From Cyanophora paradoxa CCMP329 (taxonomy: Eukaryota; Plantae; Glaucophyta): 64,000 bases of DNA. Location of the stretch: contig QPMI01000141.1 in assembly GCA_004431415.1 (NCBI GenBank), positions 97,720 through 161,719 on the forward strand, read 5' to 3'. A model generated the notes under the pieces. That model was not told the origin of the DNA. It saw only the letters and a list, made by a program, of their open reading frames with translations, and did not search any database. Positions 1 through 13,265 of the stretch are shown one piece after another (positions within the stretch are counted from its first letter, which is position 1; every line of letters starts with the position of its first letter). The position numbers were made by a program, and so were the translations under genes.

Positions 1-3000
1 AAGCCGGCGGGGACGGGGGCGGGGGCGGGAGGGGCGTGGCGAGGGCGGCGGGCGGGGCGGGGAGAGGTCGGCGGCGGCGGCGGCGGCGGCGACGGAGGAG
101 GCGAGGGTGGCGGAGGGTGTGGCGAAGGCGGGGACGCCCAGGGCCTCGGAGAGGGACGGCGGCACGAGCGGCGAGGCGGCGCCGGGCGCCGGGCTCGCCT
201 CCTCGGCCGGGGCGGGGGCCGCCGCCGCCTCCGAGCGGCGCGGCGAGCTCCCGGAGTCCTGCGGGGGGGTCGAGGGCCCCGCCTCCTCTTGGGCCGCCGC
301 GGGGCTCGCCGGGGCCGGGGCCGCCTCCTCGTCTTCGCCGGGGGCGGGGGCCTCGTCGGAGAGGAGGGCCTGGAGGGAGGGCATGGCGATGGAGGGGCGC
401 GCCCAGGAGGCCCCGAAGGCCACCCCCAGCGTCCCCGTCGCGTCGTCGCCCACCGCCGAGAAGCGGGGCAGCCGGAAGCCGCCGCCCAGGCCCTGCGCCC
501 CGGCGAGTGAGCGGGGAGGGTTTGGAGGGCGGGGCGGGGCGGGGCGGGGACCTGGAGGGAGTCCTCGTCGGCCTGGAGGCAGGCGGCGAGGCCGGCGCGG
601 ACCATCCCCCGCCGCGTCTCGTCCCCGCCCGCGATGTCGTACACGTCCGACGCCCCCTCCCCCATCTCCTCGTCGCTGTCCGCCCCCTCCGCCTCGCCCT
701 CGGCCTCGGCGGCCGGCGGCTCCGCGGGGCCCGAGGAGAGGGCCTCGGGCCCCGAGGAGGGGGCCTCGGCCTCCAGGCGCTGCTCCTCCTCGTCGTCCTC
801 GTCCTCCTCGGCGATGGCGCCCAGCAGCTTCGCCGTGATCCCCAGGCTCGAGCGCCGCGCCGCGAGGCTCGAGCGGCCCGAGCCGCGCAGCGAGCGCCGC
901 GGGGCCGGCGCGGGGCCGGCGGCCGGGGCGAGGCGCGGGGCGCGGGCCGGCGGCGGCGGGGAAGGAGGGGAGGACGGCGGTGAGGTCCATCGAGTCGTCT
1001 TCCGCCGGGGCGGCGGCCGGGGCGGCCTGCTCGGCCTGCGCCGGGGCGGGGGGAAGTGGACGACGGCGGTGAGGTCCATGTCCTCGCCCCCGTCGCCCTC
1101 CGCCTCCGCATGGGCCTCCTCCATCGCGGCGGGGGCCGGGGCGGGGGCCGGGGCGGGGCCGGCGGCGAGGGCGGCCTCCTCGGAGGCGCGGCGCAGCTGC
1201 TCGACGATCTCCGCCCCGATCGTGAAGCTCATCTCCTCGTCCCCGTCCTCCTCCTCGTCCACCACCACCTCCGCCTCCTCCGACCCCGCCTCGCCCTCGG
1301 CCCGCGCCGCCGCCGCAGCTGCTGCTTCCTCCTCCTGCTCGTCGGCGCGGGCGGCGGCGGCGAGCTCGGCGCGCAGGTCCATCGTCGCGAGGGTCAGGCC
1401 GGAGCCGCCCTCGCCGGCCGCCGAGGTGCGGGAGGAGGCCGCCGGGCTGACCGCCGCCGCCGCAGACGGGCGGGGCGCGAGGGCGACGCCCTCCTCGTCC
1501 TCCATGGCGCGCCGCGCAAGCTCCGCGCGCAGGTCCATCTCCGTGTCGCCGGCGAGCGCCGGGGCCGGAGCCGGGGCCGGGGCCGCCTCTTCGGCGGGGG
1601 CGGGAGCGGACTCCGAGGGGCGCGGGGCGGCGCCGGGCGTGGCCGCGGCGGAGAGGGCCGGGCTGCTGGGGACCGCCGACACGCGGGCGGCGGCCGACGC
1701 GATCGACGCGGCGGGGCTCGGGGCCGGAGCGGCGAAGGCGGAGGGGCGCGGGGCGGAGGCGGGGGCGGAGAAGGCGGAGGGGCGGGCGGCCGGGGTGGCG
1801 GGCCCGGGGAGGGAGAGGGCGCGGGCGCGGAACTCGGTGCCAGTCATGGACATGTCGTCGACGAAGGCGGCGAAGGCAGCGGCGGCCGGGGGAGGAGCGG
1901 GCTGGCCGAGCTGGCGGCCGGTGAGGCGGCGAGGGCCGAGGAGCGGCGCTCGGGGCCAGGGAGAGGCCGCGGTAGAAGCCGAGGCCGGCCGCCGAAAGGT
2001 CCTCCGCCCCGGCCCCACGGGCGGTAGCAGCGGGCCCGCCGCGCTCGGCGCCGGCGAGGCCGCCACCGCCGCCGATGAGCGCCGCTCGGAGGGGGCGGAC
2101 GCCGGCTCCGAGCCGGCGCTCGCCATCGCGAACTCCGCCTCCGGCTCCGGCGGCTGCTGCGAGACTTCCTCGATCGCCTCCTCCGCAGCGGCCGGGGCCG
2201 GCGGGGCGGGGGCGGGCGAGGCGGCGGGCGATGCCGCGGCGGCCCCGAGCTCCTCCTCCTCCTGGCGCTGCTGCTGGTGGGGGACGAGCGAGAGCGCGCG
2301 GCGGAAGTCCATCGTCGCCATCGACATCTCCGCCTCCGCAGCGGGGCTCGCCGGAGCGGCGGCTTCCACCTGCTGCTGCTCGGGCGCCGGCTCATCGGCC
2401 TCCTCCTCGTCCTCCATCGCGCGGCGCGCGAGCTCGGCGCGCAGGTCCATCGCCGTCACTGCGTCCACCGCGTCGGGGCCGGGCACGGGCATCGTCGGGC
2501 TGGCCGCGGCGGCCGCCTCCTCCTCCGAGGCGCCGGGGGCGGGGCTCTCGGGGAGGGCGGAGGGGCGTGCGGGGGCGGCCGGGGAGAGGGCGGCGAGGGA
2601 GCGGCGGAAGTCGGCGGCGGACATGGAGAGGTCCTCGTCGGCCCCGAAGCGGGAGGTGGGCGGGAGCAGCGGGCTCCCCGCCCCCGACGCCGGCGACCCG
2701 ACCGCCGACGAGAGCCGGCTCGGCCGCGGGCCCGAGAGCGAGAAGACCTCCGGAGGGGCGAGCAGGCCGCCCTCCTCCTCGTCTGCCGGGGCCCCCGGCC
2801 CCGACCCGGCCTCCTCCTCGTCGCCGTACGAAGCGGTCGGGGGCAGCAGCGGGGCGCCCTCGGAGACGGACGGCGAGGCGGCGCCGGCCTCGAGCTCGCG
2901 CTGCTGCTGGTTCGCGAGCGAGAGCGCCCGGCGGAAGTCCATTGTCGCCATCGACATGTCCGCCTCGGCCACCGCCTCGGCCTCCGCCTCGGCCTCCGCC

Positions 3001-4824
3001 GCTGGCTGCTGCTTCGACGCCGGCTCATCGGCCTCCCCCTCGTCCTCCATCGCGCGGCGCGCGAGCTCGGCGCGCAGGTCCATCGCCGTCGCCGCGTCGA
3101 CCGCGTCGGGGCCGGGCACGGGCATCGTCGGGCTCGCCACCGCGGCGGCCGCCTCCTCCTCAGAAGGGCGGGGTGCGGCCGGGGCCGGGGAGAGGGCGGC
3201 CTGCTCCTCGGCGCCGGGGCTCCCTGTGAGGGCGGAGGAGGAGGCGCCGGAGGGGCGCTCGAAGGCCTCGCTGGGGCGCGCGACGGAGCGCCGGAAGTCC
3301 ATCTCGGTCATCGACATCTCCGCCTCGCCCCCGCCCTCGGCCGTCCCCCGCCCGAACGCCAGCGAGGCGCCCCGGCTGCGGCCGCGGCTCCGCCGGAAGC
3401 TCATCTCCGTCATCTCCATGTCCGCCTCGCCCCCCTCCTCCTCCTCGGGCCCCTCCTGGGCGGGGCCGGCGGGCGGGAGGGAGAAGCCGCGGCTGCGGAA
3501 GTCGATGGCCTCCGCCTCCGCCCGGGCGGCCGGCGGGGCGGCGGCGGCCGCCGCCGCCCGGAGGGCCGCCTCGTCTTCCTCGTCCTCCTCGTCGCGCAGT
3601 GCGGCGGCCGCCAGCTCGCCCCGCAAGTCCATCGCCGTCGCCTCCGCCGCCGCCGCCGCGGGTGCCGCCCCGCCGCACAGGACGATCTTGCCGGCCTGGT
3701 AAAGCGTGAGGTCCATGTTCTCGTCGTCCAGCCCGCCAGGCGCAGGCTCCGCCGCCGGGGCCGGGGCGGCGCCGAGCTCCAGCCCCAAGTCCGAGGGGCG
3801 CTGCGCCTCGTCCTCCGCAAGCAGCCGCCCGATCGAATCATGCGGCTCCTCTGACGGCCTGCGCGGCGCACGAAGTTCAGAGGCGCACGCCGGGCACGCA
3901 GGCGCTCGCCTGGACCGGAGGAGCGGCGAGAGGCCGGGCGAGTTCTTCACGAGACTCAGCGCCCTGCGCGGTGGCGTGGCGTGTTAGAGTGGCGAAACTC
4001 GGCACGCGAGCGCATTGAGCGGAGCGCACCGAGCGAGGGAGCTCGGCTGCGCGCTCAGCTCGTCCTCCTCCGCGGCGGACATGCGCATGCGCATCTCCTG
4101 CTTCTCGCGGAAGTGCCTCTCAAGGTCGTCCTGCGTCCAGTCCTCGTCCACGACCTTGTCGGTCGGCGACTCGAACTGATCGTTGTCGCTCCTGCCGCCG
4201 CGGGTCAGCCGCTGCGGCAATCCGAGCCAGCGGCCTCGGGCGCACCCAGAGCCCGCAGACTGCCTGCCGTCCGACTCCGTGCTGCTCGGCGACTGACCGT
4301 TGATCTGCACCTCGAACACGCGATCCTCGGGCGCGCTGCGGCCGGAGAGCTCAGAGGCGGCCCAGGCGTGCGCAATCCGGTCGTAGCACCTTGTAGTGCT
4401 CTCATTGATGCCGGAGCTCGAAGGCCCCGGCGTCTCGGTGACCGTGGTGAAGAACTGCTTGACCTGGGCCATCGGGTTGAAGCTCACGCGGCGCCCGATG
4501 CCCACCGACTGCCGCATCGATAAGCGCTTCCGCTTTGCCGCCTGGATGTCATCCCTGCGACGCATTAGCTAAGCCACGGGCGCGGGGCTCGACCTGTCAC
4601 TCACTCGGTTAGGTCCTCTTCGGCATTGGGCGCGAAGCTGGGGCGCGGGAAGGGATCCTCGATAGCTGCAAACGGTCTCCTACGACCAGCGCGGCCCTGC
4701 GGCAGAGAAGGATCAGCGGGGCCAGCGCGGTTCAGGAGAAGGGCCGGCACACCGGAGACGGGCTAGCGACCTTCTCCGCTAGGCCGTGGAAAACATTCTC
4801 TTTGTCCTGCAATCCCGGCGACAT
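1..4824 (-). CDS. KNL1: KNL1/Spc105-like kinetochore scaffold (N-terminal part; runs off the window start)
   Basis: ATG at 4824 (MSPGLQDKEN). PP1-docking RRVSF at 4479-4493. Long acidic low-complexity region with MELT-like repeats: MDLT at 3705-3716, ~1068-1079 and ~979-990; MEMT ~3410; MSMT ~1845 and ~3305; MSFT ~1221. C-terminal Spc7/RWD domain is not in the window. Confidence 0.75.
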
Positions 4825-5075
4825 GTCCACGGCCCGCCTGGGCCGCGGGGAGCGCGCCAGCGACATCAGGACCGTTGTGCGAACTTCTGCGACGTACCCC
4901 CCCAGCAGACTTCTCACTGTTCTCAGTCAGTTCTGCTAGCGCTGCCCCCGCTCCCGGGCCAATTAGGCCGTCCAGCTGCGCTGTAGACGAACCACAGCGC
5001 CTGCTCGTGGCCTCACGGAGCGCGGAAGACCAATTTGATCCAGCACTTAGGCGCCGGCCTAGCCAGTCCAGGTAG

Positions 5076-6081
5076 ATGGCGGATGGAAGCGGCGTAGTTG
5101 TCGACGTCTGGTCGGACATCGCTTGCCCATGGTGCGCCTGCCGGATCGCGACGCGAACTGCCGCTCAGCTTCTGCGCACAGGTGCTACGTCGGCAAGCGG
5201 CGTTTCCAGCAGGCGCTGAAGACGTTCTCCCAGTCGAATCCGTGCGCTTGAGTCCCGCGGGATTCGGGGATGACGCGCCCAGCGCCCGCCGCGCGGCCGC
5301 TAACCTCCGTCGATATCGCAGCGACACACCCGTCGAAGTGCGCTTTCACCCGTACATGATCGGTTCGCCCGACGCGCTCTAGCCTCGCCCCGTCCTCGCG
5401 CGCGTCCCAGCACGCCAGCTCGTCCTCGTCCTCACGAGCCGCGCGCCGCATATGCATGCGCAGATCCGGCGACGGCGAAGGACGGTGAAGATTACCTGGC
5501 GTACAACCGGCGGCGCTGGGGCGGGGACGGGTGGACCGGGGAGCTGCGGCGGGCGGGGAAGGCCGTGGGGGCGCCCTTCGGGGACTGGAAGACGTGGCCG
5601 AACACGCTGCTGGCGCACTGCCTGGCGGAGGCGGCGTACGCGGCGGGCCGCGGGGACGAGGCCGTCGAGGCGCTCTTCGCCGCCACGTACGAGAAGGGGC
5701 AGAACGTCTCCGACCGCGCGGCGCGCCCCCCGCCCGCCCAACGCTGGCGCTTCCTTGTCCTCATGGACGCGTCTTCCGCAGACGCTGGAGAGGATCGCGG
5801 TCGAGCTGGGGCTGGACCCCTCCGCCTGCTTCTCGGAGGAGGCGCAGGCCGCCGTCAAGCGCAAGGCGCGCCTCGCCTCCCCCCTCTCACAGTCCGCCGG
5901 CCTCTCAGCTGGGGCGGGGCAGGACGCGGCGGCGAAGCGGGGCCGCTTCGAGATCGGGGGCGTGCCATTCTGGGTGATGCGGGGCCCCAGCGAGCAGGCC
6001 CTCGCCCTCGAGGGCGCCCAAGGCCCCTCCGCCTTCACCGCCGCCCTCCGCAAGGCCGCCTCGAGCTCCCCAAGCGCATAG
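5076..6081 (+). CDS. DsbA/FrnE-family thioredoxin-fold oxidoreductase
   Basis: Spliced translation VDVWSDIACPW|CYVGKRRF ... NTLLAH ... ALFAATYEKG ... IGGVPF ... LEGAQ; 4 introns. Confidence 0.9.
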
Positions 6082-6627
6082 CTGCAGCCCGCCCCGTTGG
6101 ACTATAATCTGGACCCTCGAAATTAAACGTTCCATTGAACTTCGGATTTGATTCAAGTGGTGTAATTAGATTAGGGCGCATGTACGCGAGCACTACGCGG
6201 TCTATAGATCTGCGAGACTGCATAGGACATCGTAATGCAAGATCGAAACGCATCTGTTCGTAACTGTGATCGACTCGAGGCTGAGAGGGAGTAGGCTATC
6301 CTCAGCTGTTTGTTCATCAAAGGCTTTAGTTTAGGTCACTGTGCGATGAATTATAGCCGCCCGGCCAGCGGAGCCGGGGGGGGGGGGGGGGGATACATAA
6401 AGATGGAGATGGAAAATGAATCCCACTGTATCCACTGCACAAACTCAAGGGAAGGCTGACTTGCTAGAAATCTGTGGTAGCAGGACATAAGACGATATCG
6501 GGTGTAGAGTTACAGCGTGGCAAGCTTCCTAACTTTACAAGGGCGCCCCCCGAACTGAGCGAGGAGGCCCTACATGCATACTCTAACGAAAGCAGACAAA
6601 AAGCAGAAGACGACGAAAAGCGCTCGC

Positions 6628-9250
6628 TCACTGGGGCGAGAGGCCCGGCAGGGAGCGGAGGTTGAGGGGCGCCATGGACTGCGCGAAGCCCTCCGTTGGG
6701 GCTGCCCCGCCCAGCAGAGAGGCCGGGGACGGCGAGGGGGTCACTCCGGGGCGGGCCGGGCCGGCGGGGGCCGGCTCGAGGGCGCGGGGCGGGAGGGAGA
6801 GGGAGCAGAGCTCGGGGGTGGCGGCGGGGGAGGGCACGGCGGTGAGCGGGGCGCTGCGGGCGCCCCCGGGGGGCGACGAGAAGCGCGGGCTGCCCTCCGC
6901 GCACGACGCCGACACGGGCGCCCGCGGGGCCGGCGCCAGGGGCGACCCGCCGGCCACGGGCGGCCGCGGCGCCGGCGGCGGGCCGGCGGCGTGCGCCGGC
7001 GGAGCCGAGGAGAAGGCGTGTGGCGAGGGGCGGGCGGCGGCCGAGGACTGCTGCGGCGGGGGGCGGGGGCAGGCCCTGGGGGCAGGCTGGGGCCGCCGGG
7101 GCCGCCGTGGCAAAGACGGGGGACGGAGCCTGGACGCGGATCGCCTGCGGGGCCGGGCGGAGGGCGGCCCCCGCCGAGTCCACGGGGGGCGTGAAGCGGA
7201 GAAGGGGCGCAGGGACCGGCGAGCGGGCGGCCGGGGCGGGGGGCGGGGCGGCGAAGGGGGCGGGGCGGCGCTCAGGGTCGAGCTCGGGCGGGCTCCCGCC
7301 GTCCTCCGAGGGCTCCGGCACGACGAACTCGAGGCGGCGGATGGTGGCACCGTTGGGCAGCGGCGAGGCCGAGTCGACGCCGACGTTCACCTGCAGCAGG
7401 CGGCCGCTGCGGCGGTACAGGAGCGGCGAGGAGGCCGAGTGGCCCCGGGGCGAGGTCGGCTGTGAGCGGGCGTAGGCGACGGCGGGGGCGGCGGCGGCGG
7501 GGCCGTGGAGGGGCGTCGAGGCGCCGCTCGCGGGGCTCGAGTCGGCGACGCTGTAGCGCCGCTGGCGGGCGTGCTCCAGCGCGTCGTGCAGGAGGGAGCC
7601 CGGGCACTGCGCCGGGAAGCTGTACCGCCGCGCCCCGTACGCCTGCGCCCCGCCCTCCCCGGGGTGGCCCCTCCCCGGGGGGAAGAACGCGGGGGGGACG
7701 GCCAGCAGGCTGGAGAAGGAGGGCGGGGCGGGTCCGAGGGAGACCCGCGGGGAGTGGGCGAGCAGGGGGGACGGGGCGGGCGGCAGCGGCGGCCGCAGGG
7801 ACGGGTCGAAGGCGCTCGGCTCCTCGCCCGTCGAATGCCGCCGGCCCATGCGGACGGCGGCGGGGGCGGGCCAGGCCTCGCCGCCGGGGTCCTTGGCGGG
7901 GTCGGCGGAGGGCGGGGAGGGGGGCAGGACGGCGGGGGAGAGGTCGCGGGGGTCCCCGAAGCTGGCGCGGGAGGGGTCGGAGACGCAGATGGAGGCGGAG
8001 CGCCCCTGGGGCACGCGCGACCCTGGCGAGACCTCCGCCCCCGCCTCCTCCTCCTCGGGCCGGGGCCCTGGCGCCGGCAGCGCCGACTCCGAGAACCAGT
8101 GCGGCCGGGGCGACGAGGGGCGCCGGGGGGACGTGGCCGAGGCGGAGGGCGTGGGGCCCGAGGGGTGGCCCTGCGAGGGGGAGGGGTGCGAGTGCGGCGG
8201 GGAGACCGACGCGCGCCGCGGGCTCGCCGCGCCGAGGCTGTAACCGGAGGCCGAGGCCGGGGGGGACGGGGAGGCGCAGGCGGCGGGGCGGCCCATGTGG
8301 GCCGGGGCGGGGAGGGGGGCGAAGGCGGGCAGCGGCTGCTGGAAGGCGGAGGAGGAGCAGGCGGCGAAGGGCGGGGAGGACGAGGGCCGCCGCCGCACGA
8401 GCGAGTAGGAGACGGCGAGCGGGCCGCGGGCCTCCGCGTCGACCGCGACGAAGAGCGTGCCCGCCTGCGCCGCCGCCGCCGCCGCGACCGGCACCGTCAG
8501 CACGCCGCCCTCCGACCGCCATTGCGCGTCCGCTGCCGCCGGGCGTCAGTCACGCGGGGCACGCGGCGCGGCGGGGGGCCGCGGGAGGACCGAGGGCGGA
8601 CCATCCGTCGGGAGGACGCGGCGGAAGGAAGCGAGGAGGCGGGTGCGCGGGTCGCCGGCGGGGGTCTTAGGCTGCAGCGGCAGCGCCTCGACGCGCATGA
8701 GGGCCCACGCCGCGTCCTCCTCTTGCGGCACGCGGATCCGCAGGTACGCCCGGCAGCCGGGGCCCGCAACGACCGTCGCAGGCCTGCGCGGCGCTCCTCA
8801 GCGAGGCGCCCCGAGCCGCGGGGCGGAGGGAGGCGCGCCGCTCAGACTCGGAGAGGAGGACGGGGACCGTCAGGTCGACCGCGAGCTCGTATGTGGACTC
8901 TGCGAGCGCTTCGACGACGACCAGGAGCGCCCCGTGCAGCTGCTGACTGCTTCGCCTCTGGAGCTCCAATCGCCCATTGTGTCCCTCTTTCAGTTCGATG
9001 CGGGCGACGTCCTGGGCGTGAGGGGAGCAGTGAGAAAGCCGCAGAAACCATTGAAAGGGGTCTGGAAAAGAAAGGGAAGAACCTCGTGCGGGGAGCTCCA
9101 CTGCGCGGTTATAGAGACGTGGCCGAGCCTCGCCCCACAGGAGATGCCCACTACTGTATCGCCGTCCGGAATTGATACTCGATATAGCGCCCGCTGTCCG
9201 CCCGGAAGGGATGCGGACGCCCGCTGATTGAGGCCGAGGAGCATGGCCAT
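6628..9250 (-). CDS. Hypothetical protein: N-terminal beta-rich region followed by a long Pro/Ser-rich tail
   Basis: Spliceable exons from MAMLLGLNQR (GAG|GTTCTT...CCCAG) and a long open Pro/Ser-rich frame. The 3' end is uncertain because of a probable frameshift. Confidence 0.5.
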
Positions 9251-9605
9251 AACTGCGCGGCTCGCCCCTGGGCGGGCGGCCCGTGCTGGAGCTTCCAAGC
9301 TTGTTGTCACTGAAGGGGGGGCTTACACGCGCTGGGCGGCCGGCGGGGGGTGGTTGCGGCCGCGGCTCTTATTGATGCAACGCTGGCACACACTGGTCTT
9401 CCTGGTTCTGGGGAAGATCTCGCGGGCGCCGTGAGGCGGCAGGGGAATGCCAATCGAGCTCGGAAGAGCTCGCGCAGGCTCGAGCTCCGACCCGAGGTTT
9501 TTTACGTGGCAACTGAGCCGGGCTCAGAGCTTCGAAAGGGGTAAAGCGTTACGAGAGGGGGGTGAAGCCGGCCTAGCCGTGATCGATCCAGCAGACCGCG
9601 ACAGA

Positions 9606-11342
9606 ATGGCCCGCGACGAAGAGATGGTCGATGCGGAGGAGGAGGAGGTCGAGTTGGACATCTCCAACGCGGACGTCGTCACAAAGTATCGTACCGCCGG
9701 CGACATCGCCAATCGTGCGCCGGGCCCGGGGGCCGCGTCCGATCTCGTTTCTCACTCCCTTGGGTTGCGCAGGCACTCTCGCGAAGATCGTGGCCGCTGC
9801 GGCGCCCGGGACGCCTATCCTCGCTCTCTGTGACCTCGGCGACAATGCTATCGTGGAGGAGACGAAGGCGATCTACGGCAAAGTCAAGGAAAAGGGCATT
9901 GCGTTCCCCACATGCATCTCGGTGAACAACTGCGGCGGGCACTACAGCCCCCTGGCTTCGGAGGCGAACCAGACGCTCAATGTGGGCGATGTTGTCAAAG
10001 TGTGAGTTCCCTGACGTGCCTCCCCGCCCGCTCCTTCTAGCTCTGTCATTAGCGCGTTTAGGCAAAGCGTACGCGCGTTGATCGCGCTCGCAGTGATCTC
10101 GCTGTGCACATCGATGGCTTCATCGCGACGGCGGCGCACACGTTCGTCTGTGGGCAGAACCCTGCCACCCCCATTGAGGGCAAGGTCGCGGATCTCATCG
10201 CTGCTGCGAACACTGCCGCTGAGGCGGTGCTGCGGTTGATGAAGCCGGGCAACAAGGTTAGTGATCGCGTCTCTGCTCCGGGCCTCGGACCTCGTGAGGC
10301 GTGCCGCGACTCGCTCTGACTCTGTTTCGAACAATTCGACAGAACACCCAGGTGTCCGAGGTGATCCAGAAGGTCGCCGCGGCGTACGGCGTGAATGCCG
10401 TGGAGGGCGTGCTGTCCCACCAGATCAAGCGCTTCGTCATTGATGGCAACAAGGTGCTTTCGCTTTCCTTTCCTCTTTCCATCGTCCCCGCGCGCCCCTC
10501 GCTCGGTCATAACCTGCGCTCGGCATGCGCAGGTCATCATGAACAAGCCGACAGTGGAGCAGAAGGTTGACGAGGTCACGTTCGAGCCCAACGAGGTGTA
10601 CTCGATCGATATTGTGTTCAGCACGGGCGAGGGCAAGGTTCGTAGCTCGCCTGGCGGTCGAGAGATGACGGGGAGCTCAATATGACTTTCCTCGCTGCAG
10701 CTCAAGGAGCTCGGCGAGCAGCGGACGACCGTCTTCAAGCGCGCCGTCGACCGCCAGTACAACCTGAAGATGCAGGTCCGCGTCCTCGGCTGCCAACCCG
10801 CTCGACTTCCGGGCCCATCTGACTCGTGTCTCTGCAGACATCCCGGAAATTCCTCTCGGAAGTAAACAGCAAGTTCCCGTCCTTGCCATTCACGCTTCGG
10901 TGCGCGCGAAATCCTCCCCGGCGCCCGTCCTTTAGATGTCGCTCACGGTCTGCGATTTCCCCGCAGCGCGCTGGGCGACGAGAAGACCGGCCGCCTCGGC
11001 GTCGTCGAGTGCCTGAAGCACGAGCTCCTGCACGCATACCCGGTCCTGTACGAGAAGCAGGGTGCGCACGCAGCGCCCGGCCCGCCCTTCCGCTTCATAC
11101 GAACGCCCCGCCGACGATCCGGCGCGCGCGCAGGCGAGCAGCTGGCGCACGTCAAGTACACGGTGCTGCTGATGCCGACGGGCCCGACGCGCATCACGGG
11201 CGCGGCGCCGCCGGCGGTCAAGTCGGAGAAGACGGTCGAGGACGCCGAGGTCAAGGCCCTGCTGGCCACCTCGCTCAAGAAGAAGTCCGGCAAGAAGAAG
11301 GCCGGCGCCGCGGGCGGCTCCGAGATGGATACCGCCGCGTAA
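9606..11342 (+). CDS. PA2G4: Proliferation-associated protein 2G4 / EBP1 (M24 fold)
   Basis: DISNADVVTKYRTAGDIAN, KGIAFPTCISVNN, DLAVHIDGFIA, EGVLSHQIKRFVIDGNK, FPSLPFTLR, YPVLYEK; 8 GT-AG introns; Lys-rich C-terminus. Confidence 0.95.
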
Positions 11343-11633
11343 TTTTCAGACGATCCCGCCGGCGCTGCCGGCGCTGGTCCGTAGCGGCAGATTTTGGTAC
11401 CTCTGTCAAAGCATTTCAAACAGGCCTCTCGCGCTCGAGGTGGGGAACGTCGCAATTGCGTCAGCCAAGATCTAGGAGCACTGAGCCGAGATCGGAGCTC
11501 GCAAGCGCTGCCGCTGCCGCCGCGCGGGCTGCATGGGCGCGCAGGGGCGTTGGGAGGGGTGGCTATGGGGGGGTTCAGATTCTATCTTGAAGCTATAGCT
11601 AAGCCAGCTAGCCAGCTCGAGACCAGCGCCGCA

Positions 11634-12961
11634 ATGGCAGGCGTGGACGCGTTCTACGCAGCGCTAGGAAGGCGCGGGATCCAGCCGGGCCTCGACAGGA
11701 TCCACCGGCTGCTCGCGGCGCTCGGCCGGCCGCACGAGGCGGCCCCCGTCGTGCACGTCGCGGGCACGAACGGCAAGGGATCCGTCTGCGCGTATGTGTC
11801 GTCCGTCTTCCGCGCCGCGGGCTACCGCGTCGGCCGCTTCACGTCGCCCTACCTGCTGCACCCTCGCGACTGCATCTGGATCGACGGCGCGCCGCTGAGC
11901 GCCGGCGAGTGGGAGGCCGAGATCGGGCGCATTCGCGCGCTGCTGGACGGCGCCGGGGACACGGCGACGACCCAGTTCGAGGTGCTGACCGCGGCGGCCT
12001 TAGCCTCCTTCGCGCGGCGCGGCGTGGACGTGGCGGTCATGGAAGCGGGCATGGGCGGCCGCGGGGACTGCACGAACGTCACGACCGCGGCGGGCGCGCT
12101 TGCGACGGGCCTCGTCTCGGTCTCGCTGGACCACCAGAAGTTCCTGGGCGACACCGTCGCGGCGATCGCCCGCGAGAAGGCCGGCCTCTTCCGCGCCGGC
12201 AGGCCGGCCGTCGTCGGCCCCCTGCCGCCCGACGCGCGCGCCGAGGTGGAGGCGGCCGCCGCCGAGCTGCGGCCGCCGGCGCGCCTCCTGTGGCCGGCCC
12301 CCGCGGTCCCCGAGGCGGACGGCGCGTGGGCGGCGCTCCCGAGCGAGGGCGGCGTGCGCGTGCCGCTGCGGCTCGCCGGCGGCTTCCAGCTCGCGAACGC
12401 GGCGGTCGGGGCCTCGCTGGCGCTCGCGGCGGCGCGCGAGGGCGGCTTCGGGCGCGTGGACGCGGGGCGCTGCAGCGGGGCATGGAGGCCGTGCGGTGGC
12501 CGGGCCGCCTGGAGTGGCGCGCCTGGGGCGGGCGCGAGCTGCTCGTCGACGGCGCGCACAACGACGACGCGGCGCACGCCCTCCGCGCCTACGCCGACGC
12601 GGCGCTGCGGAAGCGGGCGGGCGGGGCCTCGCCCGGCCCGGTGCACTGGGTGATCGGGGTGCTCGAGAGCAAGGACGCGCGCTCCATCCTGCGCGCCCTC
12701 CTCCGCCCCGGCGACTCCGCCTCGTTCGTCCCCGTCCGCATCCCCGCCGACGCCGCCTGGCAGCGCAGCGCCGACCCCGCCGCCCTCCTCGCCGCCGCCC
12801 GCGAGGCCTGCCCGGGCCTCCGCTCGGCCGAGGTGCGGGCCTCGCTGCGGGGGGGCCTGGAGGCGGCGGCGGGGGACGGCGCGGCGGCCCTCCGCGTCCT
12901 CTGCGGCTCCCTGTACCTCGTCGGCGAGTTCACGGAGATGGCGGGGTACGCCCCCTCGTAG
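11634..12961 (+). CDS. folC: Dihydrofolate synthase / folylpolyglutamate synthase (FolC family), intronless, with an apparent 1-nt frameshift at ~12463-12467
   Basis: HVAGTNGKGS, GRFTSP, EAGMGGRGDCTN, SLDH, REKAG, FQLANA in one frame; WPGRLE, DGAHN, CGSLYLVGE in the next. Adding one G to GCGGGGCG joins the frames. Confidence 0.92.
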
Positions 12962-13265
12962 CTCCCGCTTGGCTTTTGCGACCTTCGAAACTCCGTGGTT
13001 TTGGCAGTCTCGAGTGCGGGGAGGGGGCGGGGGCGGAGGGGCCGGGGCCGGGGCGGGGCGGGGTCCCCGGAGGGCCGGGGCGAAGGCAAAAGGCCGACTG
13101 GGTGCACGCGGGGCCGGGAGGGGCGGGGCGGCCGAGCCACGTGCACGTGCACCGGGCGGGCTGAGTCGAGCTTGAAACAAAAATATTCTCTTGAAATTAC
13201 ACGGAGCTTTCATACAAAGGCTAACACACGGGCGCCAAGTTAAAGACGTGGCCGCGACCCCCGCA

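Noticed and set aside
634-3702. 1022-aa plus-strand ORF and many other long Arg/Ala/Gly/Pro-rich ORFs
   Set aside because: Antisense shadows of real genes; stop codons are rare at this GC content.
12455-12480. Frameshifts in folC (also ~31680, ~57055 and the gene at 6628-9250) as programmed frameshifting or pseudogenes
   Set aside because: Those I could localise are single missing bases in G/C runs with intact motifs on both sides, typical of long-read consensus error.
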